A stretch of DNA of 64,000 bases from Candidatus Saccharimonadota bacterium. Its GTDB lineage: Bacteria; Patescibacteriota; Saccharimonadia; Saccharimonadales; Saccharimonadaceae. The first letter of the stretch is position 1. Every line of letters starts with the position of its first letter. The stretch spans positions 204-64,203 of the forward strand of contig JABCOJ020000009.1 of assembly GCA_013333675.2 (NCBI GenBank), read 5' to 3'. The notes below the pieces were generated by a model. It searched no databases, was not told the origin of the DNA, and saw only the letters and a list, made by a program, of their open reading frames with translations. The position numbers and the translations under genes are program-made. Below, in pieces: positions 1 to 9,139 of the stretch.

Positions 1-2
1 AT

Positions 3-371
3 GAATCGAGGCAGGCGCGCGCCCAACACGGGTTGATGCGGGCGTTAATCAACAACATGGTCGTGGGCGTAACTGAGGGTTACGAGCGGCGCTTAGAGGT
101 AAAAGGCGTCGGTTTTCGCGTATCGTCTAGCAACAACGAGCTGACGATGAGCCTTGGCTTCAGCCACGAAGTCAAATACAAAGCGCCCGAAGGCGTGAAC
201 GTATCCAACGAAAAGATGGTAATCGTCGTCAGCGGTATTGATAAGCAGAAAGTCGGGCAAACGGCGGCAGAGATCCGCGCGCTCAAGAAGCCGGAGCCGT
301 ACAAGGGTAAGGGCATCATGTATCTCGGCGAGCAAATTTTGCGCAAAGCAGGAAAGGCTGGTAAGAAATAA
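3..371 (+). CDS. rplF: 50S ribosomal protein uL6 (5'-partial)
   Basis: Frame open from the window edge (HGLMRALINNMV); C-terminal KPEPYKGKGI motif; precedes rplR. Confidence 0.97.
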   Translation, partial: ESRQARAQHGLMRALINNMVVGVTEGYERRLEVKGVGFRVSSSNNELTMSLGFSHEVKYKAPEGVNVSNEKMVIVVSGIDKQKVGQTAAEIRALKKPEPYKGKGIMYLGEQILRKAGKAGKK

Positions 372-724
372 TGAGTAATCTTGCAAAGAAACTGTTGAAC
401 CGAAGCTTGCGCAAGGCGCGTGTGCGCGCAAAAGTAACTGGCACGGCGGAGCGCCCGCGTTTGAGCGTGACGATTAGCAATATGCATGTATCAGCGCAGC
501 TGATTGACGATGCAGCTGGCGCGACGCTTGCTGCTGCCACGACAGTCGGCACGAAAATATCGGGCACGATGACTGAAAAATGTGCAGCCATCGGAGCGGA
601 TATTGCGAAAAAAGCCAAGAAAGTTAAGATTAACGCAGTCGTCTTTGACCGCAACGGGCGCCAGTACGCTGGTCGTCTACAGGCGCTTGCTGAGGCTGCA
701 CGCAAGGAAGGATTGGAGTTCTAA
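371..724 (+). CDS. rplR: 50S ribosomal protein uL18
   Basis: GTAERPRL and VVFDRNG..Y.GR motifs; spc operon position. Confidence 0.97.
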   Translation: MSNLAKKLLNRSLRKARVRAKVTGTAERPRLSVTISNMHVSAQLIDDAAGATLAAATTVGTKISGTMTEKCAAIGADIAKKAKKVKINAVVFDRNGRQYAGRLQALAEAARKEGLEF

Positions 725-1324
725 ATGGCAGAACAAGCTACAGAACAAACCACGCCTCGCGCTGACCGCGGACGCGCTTCGCGCGGCGGCCGGCAGAGTC
801 GAGGTGGTCGCCGCGATGACCGGCGCAACAGGCGCGATGACGCGCCAAAAGAATTTGAAGAAGTGGTAATCAATATTGACCGCGTAGCGCGCGTCGTGAA
901 AGGCGGTCGTCGTTTCCGATTCAAGGCGCTCGTCGTCGTAGGTAATCACAAAAATAAAGTCGGCGTCGGCGTGGCTAAGGGTGCAGACGTGCAGGCGGCG
1001 ATTGCGAAAGCGACGGATGTCGCCAAGAAGCACTTGATTACGATTCCAGTCGCGAACGAGACGATTCCGCACGACATGGAAGTCAAGTTGAGCGGCGCCC
1101 GCGTGCTAATTAAACCGGCAGCGCCTGGTACGGGTATTATTGCCGGTGGCGTGGTGCGCGCTATTATCGGCGTTACAGGTATTCGCAACTTGCTTTCAAA
1201 GTCGCTTGGCAGCACAAATAAAGTGAATATCGCTTACGCGACGATTGAAGCGCTCAGCAGCCTGGTGCCGCGCGAGCAGTGGCTCGGCGTCAAAGCGAAA
1301 GCGAAAGCCGGAGAGGAGGAATAG
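725..1324 (+). CDS. rpsE: 30S ribosomal protein uS5
   Basis: RVARVVKGGRRFRF and PAAPGTGIIAGG motifs. Confidence 0.98.
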   Translation: MAEQATEQTTPRADRGRASRGGRQSRGGRRDDRRNRRDDAPKEFEEVVINIDRVARVVKGGRRFRFKALVVVGNHKNKVGVGVAKGADVQAAIAKATDVAKKHLITIPVANETIPHDMEVKLSGARVLIKPAAPGTGIIAGGVVRAIIGVTGIRNLLSKSLGSTNKVNIAYATIEALSSLVPREQWLGVKAKAKAGEEE

Positions 1325-1325
1325 T

Positions 1326-1811
1326 ATGACAAAATACAACGAACTCCAAGTTAGCAGCCACAAGAGCCGCAAGCGTGTCGGACGCGGTATTTCAGCGGGC
1401 GGCGGTAAAACTGCTGGCCGCGGTACGAAAGGTCAAAATGCTCGCACCGGCAAGAAACTCCGCGCGATGTTCCAGGGCGGACAGAATGGCATCGTGAGCG
1501 CCGTGCCAAAAGCGCGCGGGTTCAAGAGTTTGCGCGCACCGGCGCAGGTCGTATACTCAGACCGCCTGAATGGGCTGAAGGGCGAAGTCGATAACTTCGC
1601 ATTGTATGAAGCGGACTTAATTATGACGCCGTTCTACACTGTGAAAGTAATTTCGCGCGGCGAGTTAACCGCAAAAATTACGCTGAAGACGCAAGGTGCA
1701 TCAAAGAGCGTAATCGCAGCGCTTGAAAAAGCCGGCGGCTCATTCGAAAAAGTCGCCGCACCGTTGCAAAAATCAGCCAAGGAAGCTGAGGCGGAAGACG
1801 AAGCAAAATAG
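1326..1811 (+). CDS. rplO: 50S ribosomal protein uL15
   Basis: RKRVGRGISAGGGKTAGRGTKGQ motif; ATG 1326 directly after the rpsE stop. Confidence 0.97.
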   Translation: MTKYNELQVSSHKSRKRVGRGISAGGGKTAGRGTKGQNARTGKKLRAMFQGGQNGIVSAVPKARGFKSLRAPAQVVYSDRLNGLKGEVDNFALYEADLIMTPFYTVKVISRGELTAKITLKTQGASKSVIAALEKAGGSFEKVAAPLQKSAKEAEAEDEAK

Positions 1812-1838
1812 CGCGAGTCTGTTTGTCGACATTACAGA

Positions 1839-1869
1839 AGCGTTCCTGGTTTCTCGGGGGCGCTTTTTT
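1839..1869 (+). terminator. Probable intrinsic terminator after rplO
   Basis: AGCGTTCCTG...CGGGGGCGCT stem (with G-U pairs) followed by a T-run. Confidence 0.6.
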
Positions 1870-1871
1870 GT

Positions 1872-1956
1872 TAATTATAATTATATTTCCAGCGCCGTGC
1901 CAATGGCTGCGATATGGATATGGATGTCGCCTGCCGAAATCAATATGTCGACAATG
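1872..1956 (-). pseudogene. Deletion-eroded remnant of a GrpB-family gene
   Basis: Reverse complement consists of three joined blocks matching 47705-47728, 47853-47895 and 48061-48086 of the intact GrpB gene. Confidence 0.85.
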
Positions 1957-2046
1957 CCGCTCGCGCTGCGTACGCTATCTAGCAATCCCGCGCGCTATCG
2001 TGTATACTATGGGGAGTTATTTATTGTAGAGACAGAGGGTTGTAGT

Positions 2047-3534
2047 ATGAATTGGAGAATTATTGTCCGCTCGCTCAAAAACCGAGATATGCAAAAGCGC
2101 CTGGGGATTGTGTTTGGCTTGATTGTCGCGTTCCGGTTTTTGGCGCATGTGCCGGTGCCGCTTGCGAATCCAACGGAACTAAAAAGTATTATTGAAGGCG
2201 TAGTGAGCAGCAGCGACTTTGGCGGCTTTTTGAACCTAATGAGCGGCGGTGCGCTGAGCCAAATTTCAATTGTACTCGTCGGCATGAGCCCGTTTATCAC
2301 CGCAAGTATTATTACGCAGTTGCTAACGAAAGCGATTCCGAAGCTTGAGGAGCTACATAAAGATGGCAAGTCTGGACGGCGCAAGATCCAGCAATGGACG
2401 CGTATCGTGACAGTGCCGCTGGCTATTGTGCAATCAATTGCGTTCGTATACATTCTGCAGCAATCAGTACTCGCTGGATCAACTACCGGCAGTGCGCAGT
2501 CTACACCGTGGCAATGGGCGATCGCTGTTACGTCAATGACCGCCGGCTCAGTGCTTTTGATGTGGATCGGGGAATTAATGACAGAGCAAGGTATTGGTAA
2601 CGGCATATCACTTGTGATCTTTGCTGGTATTATTAGTCAGTTGCCGACAACGTTTGGCACACTTATCAGCTCGTTATTCTCGACGGCAAAAGGGCAGCTT
2701 AGCGTGTTTGGTTGGTTTAATGTGCCGGTAGACCCGACGACATTTTGGCTCGTTCTAGCGATTGGCATTATCGGGTTACTCCTGTTGTATATGCTCGTGA
2801 AGATTAACGAAGCGCAGCGCGTCATCACTATCAATTATGCTAAGCGCGTAGCGGGTAATACGAGTTATGGCGGGGTCAAGAGCATTTTACCTGTCAAGCT
2901 TATCGCTGCAGGCGTGATTCCGGTTATTTTCGCCGTTGCATTCCTCAGCCTGCCGGCATTTGTCGGGCAAGTCATGAAAGTGATGCCGGGTGCTAATGCG
3001 GCTGTCGCGAATAACCTGGTTAAGTGGTTTCAATCGCCGACCGCTAAAAACTTTGCTAATGGCGACTGGACGGTGATGATTTATCCGGTGTTATACTTTT
3101 TGCTCGTCATTGCGTTCACTTATTTCTACACCGGTATCGTGTTTAATGCAAATGAGATCGCTGAAAACTTGCAGAAGCAAGGCGGCTTTATCGCGGGTGT
3201 GCGTCCTGGCGCGACAACTGAGAAATATTTGAGTACGACCGTCAACCGCTTAGTGCTGTTTGGCTCAATTGCGCTGGGTATTATCGCGATTATGCCGTTT
3301 ATTATGGACTACATTTTCGCACAGCTTGGGCTGAATATTTCGAATTTATCGATCGGCGGCACAGGGCTGCTTATCGTCGTGACGGTTGGGCTTGAAACAT
3401 TGCGCCAGGTCAACTCGCGAGCATTGATGGTGACGTATGACGACTTTGATATCGACGAACTTGGCGGCAGCAATACAAAAAAGCACCGCTTGCCGAAATT
3501 GAAATTCAGCAAGCTTCGCCGCGCCAAAGCGTAG
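2047..3534 (+). CDS. secY: Preprotein translocase subunit SecY
   Basis: Multi-TM protein; GMSPFITASII, GIGNGISLVIFAGI, AGVIPVIFA, GVRPG motifs; start MNWRII after GAGGG. Confidence 0.97.
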   Translation: MNWRIIVRSLKNRDMQKRLGIVFGLIVAFRFLAHVPVPLANPTELKSIIEGVVSSSDFGGFLNLMSGGALSQISIVLVGMSPFITASIITQLLTKAIPKLEELHKDGKSGRRKIQQWTRIVTVPLAIVQSIAFVYILQQSVLAGSTTGSAQSTPWQWAIAVTSMTAGSVLLMWIGELMTEQGIGNGISLVIFAGIISQLPTTFGTLISSLFSTAKGQLSVFGWFNVPVDPTTFWLVLAIGIIGLLLLYMLVKINEAQRVITINYAKRVAGNTSYGGVKSILPVKLIAAGVIPVIFAVAFLSLPAFVGQVMKVMPGANAAVANNLVKWFQSPTAKNFANGDWTVMIYPVLYFLLVIAFTYFYTGIVFNANEIAENLQKQGGFIAGVRPGATTEKYLSTTVNRLVLFGSIALGIIAIMPFIMDYIFAQLGLNISNLSIGGTGLLIVVTVGLETLRQVNSRALMVTYDDFDIDELGGSNTKKHRLPKLKFSKLRRAKA

Positions 3535-3648
3535 TCTCTTACTGTACCGGGCGGGTATATACACGCGAATTGACGCAGTACAGACGCTTTTTCTCGCGAC
3601 CTATTTACTTTTATTATAACCTACGCTATAATAATGAGCTGTATATCT

Positions 3649-3873
3649 ATGGCGAGTTCCAAGGAAGTTATTAAGTTGCGCGGCAAGGTAGTGGAAGCAC
3701 TGCCTAATACGCAATTTAAGGTAGAGTTGGAGAACGGCCTAAGTATTATCGCTCACATTAGCGGCAAAATGCGCAAGCACTATATCCGCTTAGTCCCAGG
3801 CGATACCGTGGAAGTCGAGTTAACCCCGTATGATCTCACCAAGGGTAGAATCGTATTCCGCGCACGTGATTAA
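3649..3873 (+). CDS. infA: Translation initiation factor IF-1
   Basis: [22 protein letters not shown] motifs. Confidence 0.97.
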   Translation: MASSKEVIKLRGKVVEALPNTQFKVELENGLSIIAHISGKMRKHYIRLVPGDTVEVELTPYDLTKGRIVFRARD

Positions 3874-3943
3874 TAACCGAAATCCGACCTGATATCATCG
3901 GATTTCATTAACGCAGGGTTTTTCCTGGAGGTTCGTACACATT

Positions 3944-4060
3944 ATGCATGTATCTGCGAGCGTAAAGATAAGGGGTGGCGGCGACCAGCTCGTGCGTCGA
4001 AAAGGTCGTCTTCGTGTTATCAACAAGCGAAAGCCTAGGCATAAGCAAAGGCAAGGCTAG
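3944..4060 (+). CDS. rpmJ: 50S ribosomal protein bL36 (cysteine-free type)
   Basis: Manual translation [43 protein letters not shown] upstream; between infA and rpsM; too short for the ORF track. Confidence 0.95.
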   Translation: MHVSASVKIRGGGDQLVRRKGRLRVINKRKPRHKQRQG

Positions 4061-4185
4061 GTGAGTTTGTCTAGCGCGCAGTTTAGTCTCGGCACGTCGA
4101 TAGAATTTGTCGGTCTTGATGTGGCGCGTTTGACGGCTTTTAGCCAGCATAATTATAACAACATTAATGAAAGGCAGGGTTAAGC

Positions 4186-4572
4186 ATGGCTCGAATTGCT
4201 GGGGTTGTTATCCCCGACGATAAGCAAGTGCAGGTGTCGCTGACGTATATTTACGGAATCGGACCGAAGTTTGCACGAGACATCCTTGCGGCGGCTAAAA
4301 TTGAGCCGACCACTCGGGTGAAAGATCTCACCGAGGCTGAAGAGCAAAAACTTCGCGACATCATCGATAATGATTATGTCACCGAAGGAGATTTGCAGCG
4401 CCTGGTGACAAATAATATTAAGCGTCTAAAAGACATCAATGCCTACCGTGGCCTGCGCCACAAGGCAGGTCTTCCGACTCGCGGTCAGCGTACTCGTACG
4501 AATGCACGGACTCGTAAGGGTAAGGCAATCGCCGTGGGTGGCGCGCAACCAAAAGCAGCAAGCAAGACTTGA
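4186..4572 (+). CDS. rpsM: 30S ribosomal protein uS13
   Basis: [27 protein letters not shown] motifs. Confidence 0.98.
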   Translation: MARIAGVVIPDDKQVQVSLTYIYGIGPKFARDILAAAKIEPTTRVKDLTEAEEQKLRDIIDNDYVTEGDLQRLVTNNIKRLKDINAYRGLRHKAGLPTRGQRTRTNARTRKGKAIAVGGAQPKAASKT

Positions 4573-4589
4573 TGGGAAAGGATTAGATT

Positions 4590-4979
4590 ATGGCAGAAGC
4601 AAAATCTTCAAAGAAAAAGCAGCGCCGATCTGTTCCGAACGGTCAGCTGCATGTACAAGCAACATTTAACAATACAATTGTGACATTTGCGGACAGTAAG
4701 GGCAATACGCTTACTGCGTCAAGCGCTGGCGCGTGCGGTTTTCGCGGCAGTAAAAAAGGTACCGCTTATGCTGCGCAAATCGCTGCCGAAAAAGCGGCTG
4801 AAGCAGCCAAGAGCGGCTACGGCTTGCGCACGGTCGATGTCTTCGTCAAAGGCGTTGGTTTGGGTCGGGATGCGGCGATTCGTGCGCTCGGTACGTTTGA
4901 TATCACAGTTAACAGTATCAAAGACGTGACTGGTGTTCCGCATGGCGGTGTCCGTCCACGAAAGGCAAGGAGGGCATAA
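4590..4979 (+). CDS. rpsK: 30S ribosomal protein uS11
   Basis: ATFNNTIVT, GFRGSKKGTAYAAQ, DVTGVPHGG motifs. Confidence 0.98.
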   Translation: MAEAKSSKKKQRRSVPNGQLHVQATFNNTIVTFADSKGNTLTASSAGACGFRGSKKGTAYAAQIAAEKAAEAAKSGYGLRTVDVFVKGVGLGRDAAIRALGTFDITVNSIKDVTGVPHGGVRPRKARRA

Positions 4980-5596
4980 TGGCACGAGATAGAAGCCCAA
5001 TAGTAAAGCAGAGCCGCCGCGAGGGCGTTGCGCTTCATCCGAAAGCGCATAAGATTCTTGCGCGCAAAAGTGGTATTCCGGGCGAACACGCGCATGGTCG
5101 CCAAGGTAAGCAGAGTATGTACGCTACGCAGCTGCGCGAAAAGCAGAAAGTGCGCCGCATGTATGGTTTGCTTGAAAAGCAATTTGCAAAGTTGATGAAC
5201 GAAGCGGTTCGCAAGCCGGGACTTGCTGGTGAAAACCTGCTGAAATTCCTGGAGCTGCGCTTAGATAACGCCGTATATCGCGCTGGTTTCGCAACGAGCC
5301 GCCGCCAAGCGCGCCAGCTCGTGAGCCATGGGCATTTCGAACTCAATGGCCGCCGCGTTGATATTCCGTCGATTCGCGTTAAAGCCGGCGATATCATTAC
5401 CGTTCGTCCAAAGAGCGTCAAATCGGGCTACTTCACGAACATAAATGATGTCTACAGCAATACGTCGCAAGTGCCGCTCAGCTGGTTAACGGGTGATGTT
5501 AAAAAACTGAAGATTGAAATCACTGGTGTGCCGAAGCGCGAGGAAGCCGAAGCAGATATTAATGAGCAGCTAATTGTTGAGTACTACTCACGCTAA
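4979..5596 (+). CDS. rpsD: 30S ribosomal protein uS4
   Basis: QLREKQK, LELRLDN, ARQLVSHGH, IVEYYSR motifs. Confidence 0.98.
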   Translation: MARDRSPIVKQSRREGVALHPKAHKILARKSGIPGEHAHGRQGKQSMYATQLREKQKVRRMYGLLEKQFAKLMNEAVRKPGLAGENLLKFLELRLDNAVYRAGFATSRRQARQLVSHGHFELNGRRVDIPSIRVKAGDIITVRPKSVKSGYFTNINDVYSNTSQVPLSWLTGDVKKLKIEITGVPKREEAEADINEQLIVEYYSR

Positions 5597-5616
5597 AAAG
5601 GGTAAGGAGATATAAA

Positions 5617-6540
5617 ATGTCTAAAGTAATTCACAATCCAGCACTTGCTCAGATTATCGATAATAGCGAGTTTTCGAGTACGTTTATTGTTGAGCCTCTG
5701 CATGTCAATTACGGCAACACGCTCGGTAATAGCTTGCGCCGCGTGCTGCTTTCAAGTATTCGCGGCGGTGCCGTCGTGGCATTTCGCATCGAGGGCGCAA
5801 CGCACGAGTTTACGACCGTTCCGGGCATCAAAGAAGATGTCGTCGACATCATGCTAAACCTCAAAGGCGTGAATTTCCGCATTGCGACCGACGAGCCTAT
5901 TGAGCTGCGCCTCGAAAAGCATGGCGCGGGTGAAATCACTGCCGCTGATATTCAAGCGAATGCTGACGTTGAGGTAATGAACCCAGATCACGTCATCTGT
6001 ACTGTTGACGATGACAACCGAACGACCGTTTTTGACCTCGTGGTTGAATCCGGGCGTGGTTACCAAACGATTGAAGAGTCAAGCGAAAAGCGTTTGCACA
6101 GCGACATGATCGCTGTCGACGCGATGTTTAGTCCGGTAACGCGTGTGCGGTTTAAAGTTGATCCGACCCGCGTTGGTCAAGAGACAAACCTTGACAAATT
6201 GGAGCTTACGATCGAAACCGACGGTTCACTCACGCCACGCGAAGCGTTTGAAGAGGCCGCTGCGATTTTAGTAAATCAATATAGTGCATTGGCAGGCAGT
6301 ACGAAAGTTGAAGCCGCTCCGGCGCTTGGCACTAAAGCTAAAGACGACGTAGACGAGCTTGATCGGTCAATTGAAGATCTAGGCTTGAGTGCTCGTACGG
6401 TAAACGCGCTTATTAACAATGGTATTCGCACGGTTCGCGACCTGGTTACGCTTAGCGAGCAAGACCTGCGTGACCTTAGAGGTTTTGGTAGCAAAGCACT
6501 TGACGAAGTTAAAGATAAATTAGCAGAATTGGAGCTCTAA
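5617..6540 (+). CDS. rpoA: RNA polymerase alpha subunit
   Basis: GNTLGNSLRRVLLSSI, DAMFSPV and alpha-CTD (LGLSARTVNAL). Confidence 0.98.
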   Translation: MSKVIHNPALAQIIDNSEFSSTFIVEPLHVNYGNTLGNSLRRVLLSSIRGGAVVAFRIEGATHEFTTVPGIKEDVVDIMLNLKGVNFRIATDEPIELRLEKHGAGEITAADIQANADVEVMNPDHVICTVDDDNRTTVFDLVVESGRGYQTIEESSEKRLHSDMIAVDAMFSPVTRVRFKVDPTRVGQETNLDKLELTIETDGSLTPREAFEEAAAILVNQYSALAGSTKVEAAPALGTKAKDDVDELDRSIEDLGLSARTVNALINNGIRTVRDLVTLSEQDLRDLRGFGSKALDEVKDKLAELEL

Positions 6541-6936
6541 ATGCATCGACACGGATATAAAGGGCGCAAGTTTGGTCGCGAACGCGATCAGCGCAGAGCG
6601 CTTCTGAAAGGTCTAGCGACGAGCTTGGTGATGGAGGAGCGGATCGAAACGACGCTGCCAAAAGCTAAAGAGCTCGTGCGCTACATTGAAAAGTTGATTA
6701 CAAAGGCGAAAAAAGGTGATCTTGCAAATCGTCGCGCGGTTATCGCCGGACTCAGCACGCAGATTGCTGCCGTTAAATTGGTTGATCAAATCGCGCCGCA
6801 GCTAACTGGCCGCACTAGTGGTCATGTTCGCGTTGAGCGCACGCGTTTACGCGTGGGCGATGGTGCTCAAATGGCGGTTATTGAGTTTGTCGACGAGCTG
6901 AAAGACATGTCGAAACCAGAGAAGGAGGCGAAGTAA
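6541..6936 (+). CDS. rplQ: 50S ribosomal protein bL17
   Basis: IETTLPKAKE, EKLITKAK, GDGAQMAVIE motifs. Confidence 0.97.
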   Translation: MHRHGYKGRKFGRERDQRRALLKGLATSLVMEERIETTLPKAKELVRYIEKLITKAKKGDLANRRAVIAGLSTQIAAVKLVDQIAPQLTGRTSGHVRVERTRLRVGDGAQMAVIEFVDELKDMSKPEKEAK

Positions 6937-7373
6937 TGGTAGATCACACCTACAGTCAAAAACCAGCTGATGTCAGCCGGCGTTGGATTTTGATCGACGC
7001 TAAAGACGCAACGCTTGGACGCTTGTCGACCGAAATCGCTAAGTATCTAATTGGCAAGTACAAGCCGACCTACACGCCGCATGTCGATGGCGGCGACTAT
7101 GTCGTTGTCATCAATGCCGCCGAAGTGCCGGTAACAGGCGATAAGGAAACCGACAAAATGTACTACCGCCACAGCGGGTTTCCGGGCGGGCTTAAAGAAG
7201 CGCAGCTTAAAGAGCTACGCAAAAAGAGTCCAGAGAGTATCATTGAACTTGCGGTTAAAGGCATGTTGCCGAAAAATAAGCTCGCTGCAGATCGTTTAGC
7301 TCGACTGAAGATCTTTGCTGGAAGTGAGCATGCGCACGCCGCGCAAAAACCAGAGAAAGTAGAGGTTAACTAA
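6936..7373 (+). CDS. rplM: 50S ribosomal protein uL13
   Basis: KPTYTPHVDGGDYVVVINA, YYRHSGFPGGLK motifs. Confidence 0.98.
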   Translation: MVDHTYSQKPADVSRRWILIDAKDATLGRLSTEIAKYLIGKYKPTYTPHVDGGDYVVVINAAEVPVTGDKETDKMYYRHSGFPGGLKEAQLKELRKKSPESIIELAVKGMLPKNKLAADRLARLKIFAGSEHAHAAQKPEKVEVN

Positions 7374-7777
7374 TGGCTACAAACACTGTACCATATGACT
7401 ATGGGTTAGGTCGGCGCAAAAGCGCAACGGCGCGCGCGCGCCTAACTGCCGGCAAAGGTAAGGTGACGATTAACGGCAAATCTGCCAGCGATTACTTATC
7501 GGATAATAAAACGTTGCTTGCTGAGATCACCGATCCGCTTGCGCTCGTTGGCAAGCAAAAGGAATTTGATGTCAGCGTGCTCGTAAAAGGCGGCGGCCTA
7601 AGCGGGCAGGTTGACGCAATCAAGCAGGCAATTGCTAAAGCGATTACCGTCAGCGCGCCAGACTTGCGTGCTCCGCTGAAAAAAGCCGGTTTCATGAAGC
7701 GCGACCCGCGCGAAAAGGAGCGCAAAAAATACGGTTTACGCAGCGCCCGCAAGCGAGAGCAGTACTCAAAGCGCTAA
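7373..7777 (+). CDS. rpsI: 30S ribosomal protein uS9
   Basis: GRRKSATAR, GGGLSGQ, ERKKYGL...QYSKR motifs. Confidence 0.98.
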   Translation: MATNTVPYDYGLGRRKSATARARLTAGKGKVTINGKSASDYLSDNKTLLAEITDPLALVGKQKEFDVSVLVKGGGLSGQVDAIKQAIAKAITVSAPDLRAPLKKAGFMKRDPREKERKKYGLRSARKREQYSKR

Positions 7778-7811
7778 AGGCTTTCCGTACTACTCCGTCC
7801 AGCGAACTTAC

Positions 7812-7845
7812 AAAAAACCGCTTCTGCAGGCAGGAGTGGTTTTTT
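7812..7845 (+). terminator. Intrinsic terminator ending the ribosomal operon
   Basis: AAAAAACCGCTTCTGC...GCAGGAGTGGTTTTTT hairpin. Confidence 0.75.
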
Positions 7846-7853
7846 CGTAACTA

Positions 7854-7998
7854 TGATATAATAGGTGCATGGTATTATCACAAATCACATTCGCTTGGCG
7901 CACCGGCACGTTATGTGGCGGTTTGCTCTGTGCTTTGTAGATGATTTCTAAAAATTACTGATCAGCCCGCCACACAATCGGCGGGCTTGGCTTTTTTG
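7854..7998 (+). promoter_or_regulatory. Candidate Trp attenuator upstream of trpS (leader ORF 7869-7940, antiterminator, terminator)
   Basis: TGnTATAAT at 7854-7862; leader MVLSQITFAWRTGTLCGGLLCAL; terminator AGCCCGCC/GGCGGGCT; competing TGTGGCGG/CCGCCACA pairing. Confidence 0.6.
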
Positions 7999-8092
7999 GT
8001 TTTATTGTTCAGCGGTTAATCAGGTTGCCGCGCAGCACTACTGGAGCCGATTATTTTTCTAATAAAAATACCTGTTATAATAGGAGTTACTT

Positions 8093-9139
8093 ATGACTAA
8101 ACCCGTTATTCTCACTGGCGTTCGCGCCAACAATGATTTGCACATCGGCAATTATTTTGGCGCGATACTGCCGATTATTGACATGGCGCGGCGCCGCTCG
8201 GCTGAGTATACTGTTAATTTGTTTATTCCCGACCTACATAGTTTTACTACGCCGATTAACCATGATCAACTGTTTGATAGCATTATGAATAACGCGCGTG
8301 TCTACGCGGCGGCCGGCTTGTCGCTTGATGACGACGCGATTCAATTATATCGTCAGAGTTATGTGTCGGCACATAGCGAATTGACGATTATTCTTAATAA
8401 TTTTGTCGGTTTCGGCGAGATGGAGCGTATGACACAGTTCAAAGATAAGTCAGCAAAGCTGTCAAATGATCGCGTGTCGGTCGGCTTGTTTGACTATCCT
8501 GTGTTAATGGCGAGCGATATTTTGCTTTATAATGCCATGTATGTTCCGGTCGGCGATGACCAAACGCAGCATTTGGAGATTACGCGTGATATTGCTGAGC
8601 GTATGAATCATAAGTTTGGCGAATTGTTTACCGTGCCAGAACCGGTTGCAAAACAACATCAATTTTTTGGTAAAGACCAGGGCTTGCGCATCAAAGACTT
8701 GCAAAATCCTACGAAAAAAATGAGTAAATCGGACGAAACAGGCAAGGGTGTGATTTTCTTAAGCGATACGCCGGATGCTGCGCGTAAAAAAATCATGTCG
8801 GCAGCAACCGATTCGCTTGGGCGGGTGCATTACGATAAAGAGGCGCAGTCTGGTATCAGCAATTTGTTAGAAATTTTGACGCTTGTGCGCCAGGCAAACG
8901 GCCGTGCGGTTTCATTGCAGCAGACTATTGACGAATTCACCGGATTAGAGCGCTACGGCAAGTTCAAAACGATTGTTGCAGATGAGATGGCAGAATTTCT
9001 TGCAAGCTTTCAAGCACGTTTGGCGCAGGTCGACGACGATATTATTTTGCGTAAACTTGAATCATCCGAAAACACCGCCAACCAAACCGCTAATCAAACA
9101 CTTTTGCGCGTGCAAAAAGCCGTCGGATTGAGGCGCTAA
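8093..9139 (+). CDS. trpS: Tryptophanyl-tRNA synthetase
   Basis: HIGN and KMSKS class I motifs; YPVLMASDIL, VPVGDDQ.QHLE. Confidence 0.97.
   Translation: MTKPVILTGVRANNDLHIGNYFGAILPIIDMARRRSAEYTVNLFIPDLHSFTTPINHDQLFDSIMNNARVYAAAGLSLDDDAIQLYRQSYVSAHSELTIILNNFVGFGEMERMTQFKDKSAKLSNDRVSVGLFDYPVLMASDILLYNAMYVPVGDDQTQHLEITRDIAERMNHKFGELFTVPEPVAKQHQFFGKDQGLRIKDLQNPTKKMSKSDETGKGVIFLSDTPDAARKKIMSAATDSLGRVHYDKEAQSGISNLLEILTLVRQANGRAVSLQQTIDEFTGLERYGKFKTIVADEMAEFLASFQARLAQVDDDIILRKLESSENTANQTANQTLLRVQKAVGLRR

Noticed and set aside
1723..2046. 108-aa N-terminal extension of SecY in the ORF track
   Set aside because: It overlaps rplO, its terminator and the antisense GrpB fossil; SecY homology begins at ATG 2047.
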